Below, in pieces: positions 1 through 11,791 of a DNA stretch of 64,000 nucleotides. Below the pieces are notes generated by a model that saw only the letters and a program-made list of their open reading frames with translations, did no database searches and was not told the origin of the DNA. The position numbers and the translations under genes were made by a program. Numbering within the stretch: position 1 is the stretch's first letter; each line of letters starts with the position of its first letter. The DNA comes from Paragordius varius (lineage: Eukaryota > Animalia > Nematomorpha): contig OZ176057.1 of assembly GCA_964247055.1 (NCBI GenBank), positions 4,464,001-4,528,000 of the forward strand, given 5' to 3'.

Positions 1-1669
1 CTGATACAAATTTTTTGGTTAATTTGTTAAGAGATAGTTTGTGTCTAAGGAAGAAATTAACACTTTGCACATCATATTGATTTCAGTCTCTCCAAATTGG
101 GATCTTTGAGACCCTGACCATGTTTGAAATCACTTATGGAACAAATTGAAACTATTGCAAAAGTTTGCACTTGTGTAACATTGATGCGAAATATATAAAA
201 ATTTATTTAGAAAATCTTAAAATTACTTATTTTATGGATAAAACTTAAATAAAAAATGAAAAAACATTTATCTGTTATATCAATGTTTTATGTGATTTAT
301 ATAAAAATTAGCTTTAATTGCCTTAGAATCAAATATACACGATATTTTGCTAAAAAATTGTAAAAAAATGGCGTCCAAGTAGTTTGATATGAATTTTTAA
401 AAACTAAATTTAGAGCTAAAAATTAAATTGAAATGGTTTTTTCAGTAGTTTTTTTAAATCAGCTTAAAACATATCGAGTTAAATCCAATTATATCACATA
501 GTTAATAAACTTATGCTTGAATCTATTATAGATATAATCAGTTAATCAGGATACTATTTCCGACTTGTATGATTCCCTCAAATAGATTATATTGGAATTG
601 ATAAACCGTTATTAAATTTGTTTATAATTAAGGCGTATCAAAATATTTAGCGTTTTGACTTGCAGGATAATGTTTTTTTTAAACAAAAGTTATTACTTTT
701 GTAATCTGATATATGTATATATATATATATATTATATGATAATAAATTATTATAATAAAATTTTTAAATATATTTAAAAAAACATTATATAAAGTTTCAT
801 AAAAAAGTGATTAATTTATAAAATTACTCATAATATAAAAATATTTTTAAATATTGGCACAAATTATTTTAATTTATTGAATAGTTTTTCTGTTGTAAAT
901 AAAGGATCTTAATTTATTAAAATTATAAATTAGGGTATATTCTAAATCTATCCTGAGCCAATGTAAATATATTTAATCAATATATAAAGTTAAGTTTATA
1001 TTCTATTGCACATTATGAAAATAAAATGATTTTAAATTATAGCCATATATAGAAAATGTTGGAAATTTTTTCTATAATATCAATTTTTCCTGTTTTTATA
1101 AGATGTCACGAATGTCATATTGAGCTAGGTCTAATATCTGGAGAAATTTGTTGCGTTTGATTTATTATTGCGCATATTCAAATAAAAAATGAAACAAAGT
1201 ATACTTCAGTATTGATGATAAGTCGATATATAATTTTATGTCTGATTTTTAGCAATGTAAATTAAATAGTGTTAATTGGTAAAATCCGATGGCCGAAACG
1301 ACTAGCTCTTAGGTTGGATAGTTTCTTATACTTATTTCCCGGTTTTCATAATTTAAAAAAAAATGATATCTGTAAATTGAATATGCACCAGAAATTAAAA
1401 CGATTTAACCAAAAAACAAATTACATAAAATATTTATTTTGGTAAAAATATCGCGCTTTAATGAATTTAATTCTGAATAATAAAAAATTATAGAAATGAT
1501 CCCTGCTCCACTTAAATACAATTATTTTTTGGTGCGAAATCTATATTTAACGGTAAAAAATAATTTACCAAAGCTTTTTACTAGACAACTATTAATTGTC
1601 AGCCTGTCCCAATGACAATGTAGTAGAACAACATTCATTATTGTATATATTTTTAAATTTATATTTTAG

Positions 1670-1686
1670 TTGTGCCAGGTATAAAG

Positions 1687-1734
<48 letters not shown>

Positions 1735-2198
1735 TAAATATTATTAATATATGCTAAAAATATACAAATTGTCACTTAACTTTTTTGTAGATAGCGAATC
1801 TGAAATTAGCAATGGTTTTACATATATTATATATTTTCTAAATTTTATATTAAATTTATCATGTCTTATATTTATCAAAATGTATACTTTGATTTAGAAG
1901 ACTTTGAAAATGATATAGGCGAAAGCGGTAATATAATTTTATGTTTTTTCACATTTCAAATCGAAATATTTTTCAATAAAATCTTAAATTATTTAAAGTC
2001 AAACGCTTTTTAAAATATTTTTGAAGGTATGGCATATAGGCAACAAAAGTATTCTAACCCTAAATATCAGAAATTAGACACATTTTAAATTAATACCGTT
2101 ACAAATCAAAAATAAATATGCGTTCCTACCTGTAAACTTATCTAAAATTACCGAAAATAGAGCCCTATGACTCAAAAACAATGGACGATAAATCATAA
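1670..2198 (+). CDS. Candidate 3' end of micro-exon gene A (exons 1670-1678, 1791-1814, 1898-1927, optional 2040-2048, terminal 2161-2198)
   Basis: ttttag|TTGTGCCAG|gtataa (9 nt), tttgtag|ATAGCGAATCTGAAATTAGCAATG|gtttta (24 nt) and atttag|AAGACTTTGAAAATGATATAGGCGAAAGCG|gtaata (30 nt) are all phase 1 and multiples of 3. Then aatag|AGCCCTATGAC...TCATAA. Spliced: VVPDSESEISNEDFENDIGES(GNK)[E/K]PYDSKTMDDKS*. Upstream exons not found in the window. Confidence 0.55.
1691..1729. repeat. (TA)n microsatellite (others near 44298-44326, 58737-58754, 63688-63709)
   Basis: Pure AT dinucleotide run. Confidence 0.95.
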
Positions 2199-4882
2199 CT
2201 ACAATAGACATAAAATTAAGAAAATACCCTACCATTTTGTGTTCATAATCATTTTATATGAAAAAAAAATAGATTGAACGGGGTCCAACCAAATAAAAAT
2301 TTTAATCGACACCAATTAAACACAGTTTCGGATAACTCCTATAGATCAGGGTTGTCCAACGAGCCACCCTCATAAATATATTGTGCGGCTCACGAAAATT
2401 TAAGTTTATAATTACAAAATTCCACAATATAAGCTCAGACATTTTTATTTTTATCAATGTAGATGCATCTGAAGAGTTTTTTGATGCTGAATCAGATGTG
2501 GAAAGTTACTTTGATGGTAATTATTATTTTTTAAATGGATGGATTTTTTATATTAAATTTAATAATTGTTTTTTTAACCGAAAGAAAGGGCTTTGAATTT
2601 AAGGGATATTTATTGTTAAATTACACAAAGTCCACTAAAAAAATAACTTGATGAAATATATTTAATCTGATAGGAAAATGTGTTAGGATAATCTTTGTGA
2701 TTTTGGTTTTGGCCTAACAAGTGATACAAGAAAATTGATTACACTTTTGTGATAAGTGCTTCATATTAGATTATGGCAAAATTTGTGAAGAGCTTTTTTA
2801 ATTAATTTTTGGTAAAGATAAATGTTTTATTCCTTATATTTTAATATATGCTTAATTTTAACATAAAAAAATGTTGTTAAAAATTTAATTTTTACAAAAT
2901 TTTGTTGAAGCGTTATACTATTTATAGGCGTGATATAGAAACGGTATATAAACGCCTTAACATATCATAAAAACACTTTTATATAGTTTTGTGATGCTGA
3001 ACAATTCTACATCTCAGAATTATAATTTAAAGGTTCTGCCTTCAAATTTTGGTTGAATTTTGTGAAAAAACACAATTTGTATTTAACATATATTTGAAGA
3101 TAAACAATATATTAAGTAAAACTCTGAGGTGATCCAGATGTTCGGCATCATTACATTGAAAAAGTGTTATTCTAAGATCTAAAAGACTATTTATACTATC
3201 ATACTAAAATAATATGAATATACATTCAACAAAATTTTATTAAATGTTGAATTTTAGTTAAGAGTATGTATTTTTTAAAAAATATTTTGTAGTTGTCAAA
3301 ATTTAGCATATATCATAAATTTTATCGCGCAATTCCGGCATTTTTGCATTTATTTTATAAAACGAAAAATTTGGGACTTCGGAGCCCACATGCGCGCTAA
3401 TTTTAATTTTCTGATATAAAGCACTCACAAAAAAATGCATAACTTTTTTAAATCACTCGTAAGGGTCAAATCCAAAGGCATAATCATGATACTTTAGAAT
3501 ATATATTTTTATAAGGTTACTAATTATACCGCTGATTTTCGACGCAGTGGTTTATCTATAAAATTAGTCAATTTATTGGAATAATATTAAAGATGGTTAA
3601 ATAATGTTTAAAATCTAGACTTAGTTAATGTCATAAAAAAATTTATATTAACTTAAAAAATATTTTATGCTGGAAAAATGTTTCCTTTGCTTGATAAAAT
3701 GTATTGCGTTTGGTTGAAAAAATATTTGTTTAAAAAATGTTGTATTTGCGTGAAAAAATGTTGTTATTGACTGAAAAATGGTATAACAAATAGTGTGTAT
3801 TAGGGAAGAAATATTTTTTTATATTTTGGATAGAACAAACACTCTTTCCGAACACTAAAGGGGGTGCGGTCAAAACTTATTTGAACAGCGAACTGTTTTT
3901 CAAGAATCGTAATATTAAAAATGTTAAATTTTGATATTTAGTAAGGAAACAGATGTGTTTTTAATGAAACTATGTAAAAAATTGGAGCGTCTAAAATCCA
4001 ATAATCTCATTTTTTACTTAAAATCCAGGAAAAAAGGTTATAAATTTGGGATAATACCATTTTCACTGAAAATGATACTATAAGTGGTTCATAGAAATGT
4101 ATAATACCTCTTGCCATCAGAGATAGATAAGGGAAAATACTTAGATGTTAATATAAATAAATAACCTCATTTAGGAATAATTATTTTGGTGATTATTAAA
4201 AGGTATATATTTTATTCTCAGAGGGCCAATTATGAAACTAGGGTTGTCCCCCTAAACTGATATTTTACGGAATTTTTACCATTTTACTAGACACATAAAT
4301 AATATTCTATATCAAATAACTTTTAACCTTAATTAAGTAGATTCAAAGACCTTTATAGTATACAGGATTTATTGTATCTTTATATGCATTATTTATATGT
4401 TAAATTTTTTTGGATAATAGCCGATACAGGTAAAAATAGTATTTTATTGATTTGGTTATAAAAATTATTTGATATATTTTTCCCAAAATAAATTTGTAAA
4501 ATATAAATAAAAAAATATTCAAGTTATAACTGGATAAAAAATGTTTTTAGAGCCATATATGAAGTCGGATTAAGGTTTTTTTGACAATCCAGTCTATTCT
4601 AGATTCTTAACCAAGAGTTTATTTATTTTTAACTTCTTGTAACGAATTTATTTTTTAAAGGGGATCATTAAACTTCTAAAATCAGAATCAGTTCGGTAGG
4701 AGGTTTTCCTAATATAGATATATTTAGAATAAATTATACGATTCCTAGTCCAATTTATTAAAATATTTTCTTAAAATATTTTTATTAAAAAATGGCCATT
4801 CTATTATAGATTTTGGCCAAAAAAGTTAAAGGTTTTATATTATCCTTAAACCAGATCTTTGACTTTTGATTAAGTATTTCGA

Positions 4883-5185
4883 TGCTTAAAAGGACAAAAA
4901 TTTAAATTATACGGACAAAACGTAAAACCATAAAGACAAATACTTTTTTTCAAAAGACAACTATAATTTTTTACACCTTAATTTTGTTATATAAAATATT
5001 TTACCACTGTAATAATTAAATTGATTGTATTACCAGTATACATCTCTATTTCATACTTTGCTTTTAATAATGATTTATAATTGCAAATTAAAAATTAAAA
5101 GTTTTGTTGTCATTTCGAAAAAATATTTGCCTTTATATTTTTACGTTGTTTTGTCCGTATAATATCAATTATTACTGTATTTCGG
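4883..5185. mobile_element. Palindromic MITE-like element (second copy ~56183-56488)
   Basis: Inverted ends TACGGACAAAACGTAA ... TTACG(TTG)TTTTGTCCGTA; homologous interior at 56.2-56.5 kb. Boundaries approximate. Confidence 0.6.
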
Positions 5186-5563
5186 AAGTTGTTTTAGAAA
5201 TAACAAAGGTAACAAATGTTAATTGATTTAAGTAATCCGATCTAGCTAGATTTTAACCGGTTAAAAAAAATATTTAAAAAATGGTTTTTTTGTGAAATTT
5301 TCGTTTGAGAAACCGTGTTTAGGCAATGGAAAATGCTAATTCTTAGATTTATGTTGTAATATAAATAATAACATTTTTAGAAATTTTATGTATAATGATT
5401 TTTATGGTCTATTTTTGTTTTAACATCTTTTTTCAGTTACTCAATCCTCACATATCTCGACGATAATAACTAATGACAAAAGCGAATTTTTAAAGTTTAT
5501 AGGGTGTCAAAACTCAAATTAAGGTTATACTAAATAGATCTGTATTTAAATTTGCTTTACAAC

Positions 5564-6283
5564 TAGGGTTGTGCTGACCAAGTCATGACCCGGTTAATTG
5601 ACCGGGTCATGATCAAATCAGTGACTATTTATTTTTTGATCATGGTCATTTAAAACAGCTGTTTTTTGAAAAATTGCTGGTAAATTTTTTTTGGGAGAGA
5701 TAGTAAGATTTTATTGTTTTTTCTATTTTTAAATAAATAAAAATTAATTATTTAAATGCTTATTTAACAAAGTGATAAAAATGTTAAACATGCATACTTA
5801 TAACATTAGCATTAAGCATATCCAGTTATTTCGAAAAACAGAACAATCAAGCAGTTTGCAAAAAATGAAATTATTCCATACATGTAAACCGATAAAATGA
5901 ATAAGCATTTCATAATAGAATATTACAATCATGAAAGAAAGTGTAAAACAAACTTGGTAAAATTTATTTGAAACATCCAGTATTAAAAATGTATTTGAAG
6001 ATTCAGAAAGCCACAAACAGGCAAAATATATTTGAAAACAAAATTCTTGATTAAATTTTTTAGAAAATATTTGTAAATAATAAATATCAAAAAAATGTAT
6101 AACATCAATTTTTAAGAAAAAACATGGCATTAGTTAAACGCAAGTGTCGTTCGAACATTATTTTCACAATCCAATATCGCATGATATTTACATTTGTAAA
6201 AAGTGGTCATGGCCGAGTCATGACCATGGTCTGACTGGGTCTGACCGGACTTTTTTAAATAAGCAGTCAAATGCACAACCCTA
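5564..6283. mobile_element. hAT-type MITE, 720 bp
   Basis: Perfect 11-bp TIR TAGGGTTGTGC/GCACAACCCTA; perfect 8-bp TSD TTTACAAC (5556-5563 and 6284-6291); subterminal GGTCA/TGACC motifs. Confidence 0.92.
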
Positions 6284-7459
6284 TTTACAACTAACTTGTT
6301 TTTGATAAGTTATTTAAAAAATAATTAATATATTAAAAAAGTTAAAGATTACAGGCATTTTTAAATTGATAGCTGAACCATTTATTTTTTCAGGTTTGAA
6401 TTTAAGAAAATTATCCACTATTAGAGTTCCCATGGTGATTATGGTTTTTCTTACGAGTGATAAAAATATTTTTGTAATAACTGCTACATACCGAAAAATC
6501 GCAAAATTTGATATTATGCTTAATAAAATTTTTTGGTTTATATGTCAATGCTTCATTCCAAAAATCACCATTAATTAGCAAAAAAAATTTATAAAATTTA
6601 ATTTTTCGATATGAGCGTCCAAAAAATTTTGGTCACCTCCAAAATGGGCTAGATTTTTGCAAAAAAAACTGAGATTTTGCGATAATTTTTTTTAATATGT
6701 GCTACATTATGACATCAAAAATTATGTTTGTAAAAATGCATATTTTTTTTTATTTTATTTTTAGCAAAATTTTGTGGAAGCGTACTTAATGATTTTTAAG
6801 CACGATCGAAACCGTATAAAAATATTTTAATATTTAAAAACAATTTTTATAAATTTATGATGCTGACTATTTCTATTACCTTAAAATTATAATTTAAAAA
6901 ATCGTTTGCTTTCAAATTGGGGAATTTTGTAAAAATTAACATTAATATTACATCGACCCATCTGACCCAACTTCAAAAATGAAAAATTCTTATTAATTTT
7001 ATATCAAAATTAATATTTATACCAATTTTTATAAATATCTATTGTTATCGATTTATTTTCAAAGTTTATTCTCTCTTTTATCACTTATCCTATACTTTAA
7101 ATGTTGTTATAACATACCTATTCACATTTTGTTTTGGACGTAGGACTTACCGTTGGCCTTTTCCAATAATTTGCCTATTAATATTCTCTTGAAATATATA
7201 GATTGTATTCTTGGATAAGTATTGTAGACTATTTTATTTTAATTTTCACTATGACATAAAAAACCCTTGATTTATATTGTTATACATAAATTTTGCTATA
7301 AATATTTTTATTGCAAAATATAATTTACGTTTTTACCTATAGACTAGGTTTTTTTAACATCTATCAATTTGTCATAATTAGTTCGACCCTACAATTTTAT
7401 TATTTTTATTTGTTTGTTTAAAGCTGTCAAATGAGTATTGATATGTATAGTAATAACCG

Positions 7460-10300
7460 GTCAGGCTTGCCAGCCGCGGTTTTCGTGTTGTGGCCAATAA
7501 TACAAAGAGAATGCATAGAAAAAGGGGATGCTTGTTTTTTGCTAGTTTAAATGTTGGTTCATTGAAAATTAAGTTAAATGTTATTGTGAAATTAATGAAA
7601 GTTAAACATATAGATATTTTGGCATTACAAGAGACTCGTTACCGCGGAAACGGAGTAAGGACTTTGGAAGAGAATTATTGATTATATTACTCAGGTGAAA
7701 GTGACGGACGAAATGGAGTGGCAGTTATCATTAATCCCAAATTGCCCAATCAGGTTAAAGAGGTTAGATGCTATAACAGCTGAATCATGAATTTAGATAT
7801 TTTGGTAGGTAACGAGGTCATAACGGTATTTAGTATATATGCCCCGCAAATAGGTTTACCAAAACAAGAAAAGGAGGAATTTTACGATACTCTTGATGAA
7901 AAATTAGTCGCTCTCCCTCAGCTCAGAGTCAGGTTTTTATGTGGGGATTTTAATGGTCATCTTGGTTCAAATAGGGAATCTTTTGAAATATGGCACGGGG
8001 GACATTCTTACAGAGAAAGAAACGAGGAAGGAATTGATTTGCTTAGATTTGCATAATCTCACAATTTGGCAATAGCGAACACGTTTTTCGAAAAAAGAGA
8101 GAGTCATCTAGTAACTTACAAAAGCGGCATAAACAAATCTCAAATAGATTTTATACTTGTCCCAAGAGACTTATTGAAGCTTGTATTAGACTGTAAGGTC
8201 GTGCCAAACATAGAGGTTAGCGCAACATAATTTACTTATTTGTAAATTTTTTGTCAATGAAAAGTCTAAACAAATTGTTCCTTTCTCAAAGAGATTAAAA
8301 AGTATAAAGTAGGAGAAATTTTCTGAAAAAAAGCAGGCTTTTATAAAAAAATACGGTTATCCGAGGATGGTGGGTTAAATGGTGAGTGGGATAAGTAAGT
8401 CAGTTAATCAAAAAGGCAGGAACTCTAGTTTGTGGAAAAGGCGGAAAATCTCAAGTATACAGAGAGGCTTGACTCGATGAACGAATTATATTGATGTCAC
8501 GAGAAGAAGGTAAGACTTTTGACAAATGGAGACATACAAGGAATGATGATGATAGAAGTATAAAAGTTTAAATAATGAATTGAAAAAATTAGTCGGCCAG
8601 GTTAAGAAAGAAAGGATGAATCTATTTTATGATGAGATAAATAGTAAGCAAGGTATAAACAAAGTGTATAAAGTTGCGCAGCAAAGGAATAAACGCAGAA
8701 TGGATTTGTCAGGTTATGCGACTGCAATAAAAGGAAAAGATGGAAACTTGCTGTGCGAAAATGTAGAAATATTAAAATATGGAAAGAGTACTTTGTGAGT
8801 TTAGATGAAGGGGTAGGCGAGATTTTTTTGCCAAATAAAGTTGAAGCTACTGATAGACCAATAGAAGCAATTACACAAAAGGAAGTAGAATCCAATTTGT
8901 TAGAAATGCCAGACAACAAGGCTGTAGGATCGGACGACATAAATAGAAATTGTTGGAAAGTGCTAGGAAACGCTGGATTAAATTTTTTGGAGCGTGTATT
9001 TAATAAAGTTGTTTCAACTTAAATCCCGGTTGAATGGAAGGAAAGTTTAACTGTGCCTTTATTTAAAGGAAAAGGTGATAAAAATGAATGTAGTAACTAT
9101 AGAGGGATAAAACTAATGTCGCACACTATGAAATTGTTTGAAAAAATAATTGAAAAGCGAATCAGGAAAATGATATTTATAGAAGGAAATCCTATACATG
9201 CGGTTAGGAGGTTGATTGAAAAACACATTGAAAAAAAGAAAGAGTTACACGGGGTTTTAATTGACATAGAGAAGGCGTTTGACAGGATTCCTGGAGAAAC
9301 TATTTGGTGGAATCTCCGTCGTAAAAAAGTTGCCAGAAAGTTATATTAAGTTGTTAAAAATAATATACGAATCACACACCTCCAGGATTAAAACCCCACA
9401 AGGTTTATCAGAGCCCTTTTCAATAAAGCATGGAGTCTACCAAGGCTCATCACTCAGCCCCTTATTGTTTATAATTTGTATGGACGAGGTAGCCAAGGTT
9501 GTTAATGTGAGTTCAGATGACATAATCATCTTGTCTGATTCATTAATTGAGTTAAAGCGAACGGTAAACAGATGGGTTGTTATGATGGATCAATACGGTC
9601 TGAAAGAAAACAAAGCAAAAACCGAATTTATTTCTTTTGGGGGTCCACAACATGAAATTGTAATTGATGATAATTGGGTTCTGAAGTGTAAAGAAAGTTG
9701 CAAATATTTGGGAGTTATGTTAAGTGCAGATGGTTCGTTGATTGATGATATTAATTTAAGAATAAAGAGCAGCTGGGTAAATTGGAAGAAAATTTCGAGC
9801 GTGTTATGCGATCGAAATATTGATGTTAGAGTGAAAGGTAAGATTTACAGTTCTATTATCCAGCCCTCAATGATGTATAATTCACAGACGTAGGGTGTCA
9901 AAAAATCCGAAGAAAGACATTTTAACGTGACTGAAATGAAAATGCTCAGAATGATGTGTGGGGTAACAAGAAAGGACAGAATTGAGAATTGATTTATTCG
10001 TGGGAGCACAGATATTAAACAATAGTGGAAAGGATGACAAAAAATAGGCTACTTTGGTTCGGGCACATTGAAAGGAGAGATTCTAATTATATTACAAAAA
10101 TGACAGATAGTCATATAGTTGAGGAAAAACGAGGACGTGGGCGGCCTAAAACAAAATGGATAGATACAGTAAAAAGAGAGCTAGCAGAATACGAGCTTAA
10201 TGCAGAGGACGCCATAGATAGAGTTTTATGGCGAGACAGGGTTGTATAACATGACCGCTCTCACGAGTGAAAACATGTAATGTAATAATAAAATAATAAT
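7460..10300 (+). mobile_element. Degenerate RTE-clade non-LTR retrotransposon (APE endonuclease + RT pseudogene)
   Basis: ORF fragments 7490-10249 carry FASLNVGS, ILALQETR, SIYAPQ, LCGDFNGHLG, PLFKGKGD..CSNYRGIKLMSH, DIEKAFD, QGSSLSPLLF, KYLG, RGRGRPK..W. Many stops, frameshifts and deletions; (TAA)-rich tail near 10278-10300. No clear TSD, so ends are approximate. Confidence 0.93.
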
Positions 10301-10648
10301 TTCATATATATTTGACGAACTGATCTTTTTTATCCAAATCATGGGGTAATCGAAATGTTTAGCATCATCGAATTTAAAAAATGCTTTTATAATGTCATAA
10401 AGCGTTTTTGTACCGCTTTCGCATGCTTCAAAACATGAAGTATGCTTAAGAAATCAACTTAAAAAAAAGATGTATTTTTCAACAATTTTTTTATGTTCAT
10501 GTACGACAAAAAATTTAATCGCAAATTTTTGGGTTTTATTGCATTTTTAAAAAAACTAGTCCGTTTCGGAGGTGACCGAAAGGGAACATATTTTTACAAT
10601 TAAATTAAATATTGTTTTGCCCAATAAATGAAATATATGATATATATC

Positions 10649-11271
10649 CCAATTGCACTTCAAGAGGGTCCTTGAACACTTCAGGTTGGTCTTAGAACAA
10701 GTTTGAACATTCAAATTGATTCTTAACGGTTTCAAGTTGGTCATTTGACTTTTTTGTTCTGTTTTTAACTTCCATTAATCGAATTGTACATCATTCATAT
10801 ATTTTATCGTTTTTAGCATATTTTCTATTATTTTACATGGATTTTAAATCATCATCACTTATTTATCATTCAGAAACCGTATATCTTAATTAATTTCTTA
10901 AATTTATTTTGGATATATTTAAAATTTTAACACATAATTAAAAAATATATAAGTTTTCTGGGTTATTATTCATTGAAAACATTTAAAAGTTAATAATTTC
11001 GTTAAATTAGAAAAAAAATTATTTTAAATCAAAAACGTGGTTTTTAAATAAAAATGTTTATTATTAAATGAATATATATATAATTAATAAAGAAGTTAGG
11101 TTAATAAATAATATGATAAAAAAATTAATGCAATGGTAAAAATTTAATAAAGACCACCTTGAAGTGTTTAAAGACCAACTTCAAGTGTTCAAAAAACAAC
11201 AGTGTTTAAGGACCAGCTTAAAGTGTTCAAGAACAAATTTGAAGTCAAGGATACTCTTGAATTACAAATTA
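10649..11271. mobile_element. 21-bp-array MITE family, copy 1
   Basis: Degenerate TIR CCATTTGCACTTCAAGAGTGTCC with subterminal 21-bp tandem units (TCCTTGAACACTTCAAGTTGG-like) in inverted orientation at both ends. Confidence 0.8.
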
Positions 11272-11776
11272 TATAATAATAATAATTTTGGAATGACTCT
11301 TTTAGGTAAAAATATATTTAGCATGATGTGGGCAATTGCATTTCTTATATAGGGTTACCACCAAAGTATAATTGATAGTTTTACACACTGTCAAACATTT
11401 TAAACATCGTAATTAACATCTATCAGAATATATATTTAATCAGGATATTCCTCCAAGATTTTAGACTTTCGGAATCCACATAATGTTTCGTATATATCAA
11501 AATTTAATTTTATAGCGGGAATTTTGTTTTGACTTGAAGCAATTACGACTAGAGTGTAAATTTTTTATTCTAAAGGCCCGACACCTAAAAACCATGAGAA
11601 GACTGATATATTTATCCATCAAAATATATATAAATATTTTTATGTGTCACTGTTTATATAAATACATTTATGTTAATATATGATAAAGTTATCTAAAATT
11701 TGCCAAAAAATGAATTGAAATGATATAGTTAATGTTAACACATTAACTATATCAAACAGTGTTTGCAACATTGTAG

Positions 11777-11791
11777 GAATTTTTGCACATG
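11777..11791 (+). CDS. Gene B micro-exon, 15 nt (GIFAH)
   Basis: cattgtag|GAATTTTTGCACATG|gttgat; weaker splice sites than the others. Confidence 0.5.

Noticed and set aside
85-180. Possible Tc1 relic (NHLWNKLK)
   Set aside because: Too short and degenerate to support.
4203-4221. 19-20-nt GT...AG 'tiny introns' (also 33176-33195 on minus)
   Set aside because: Well-supported introns here are much longer (855 and 1208 nt in ATP synthase, mostly 60 nt or more in the micro-exon chain) and removal gives no convincing frame.
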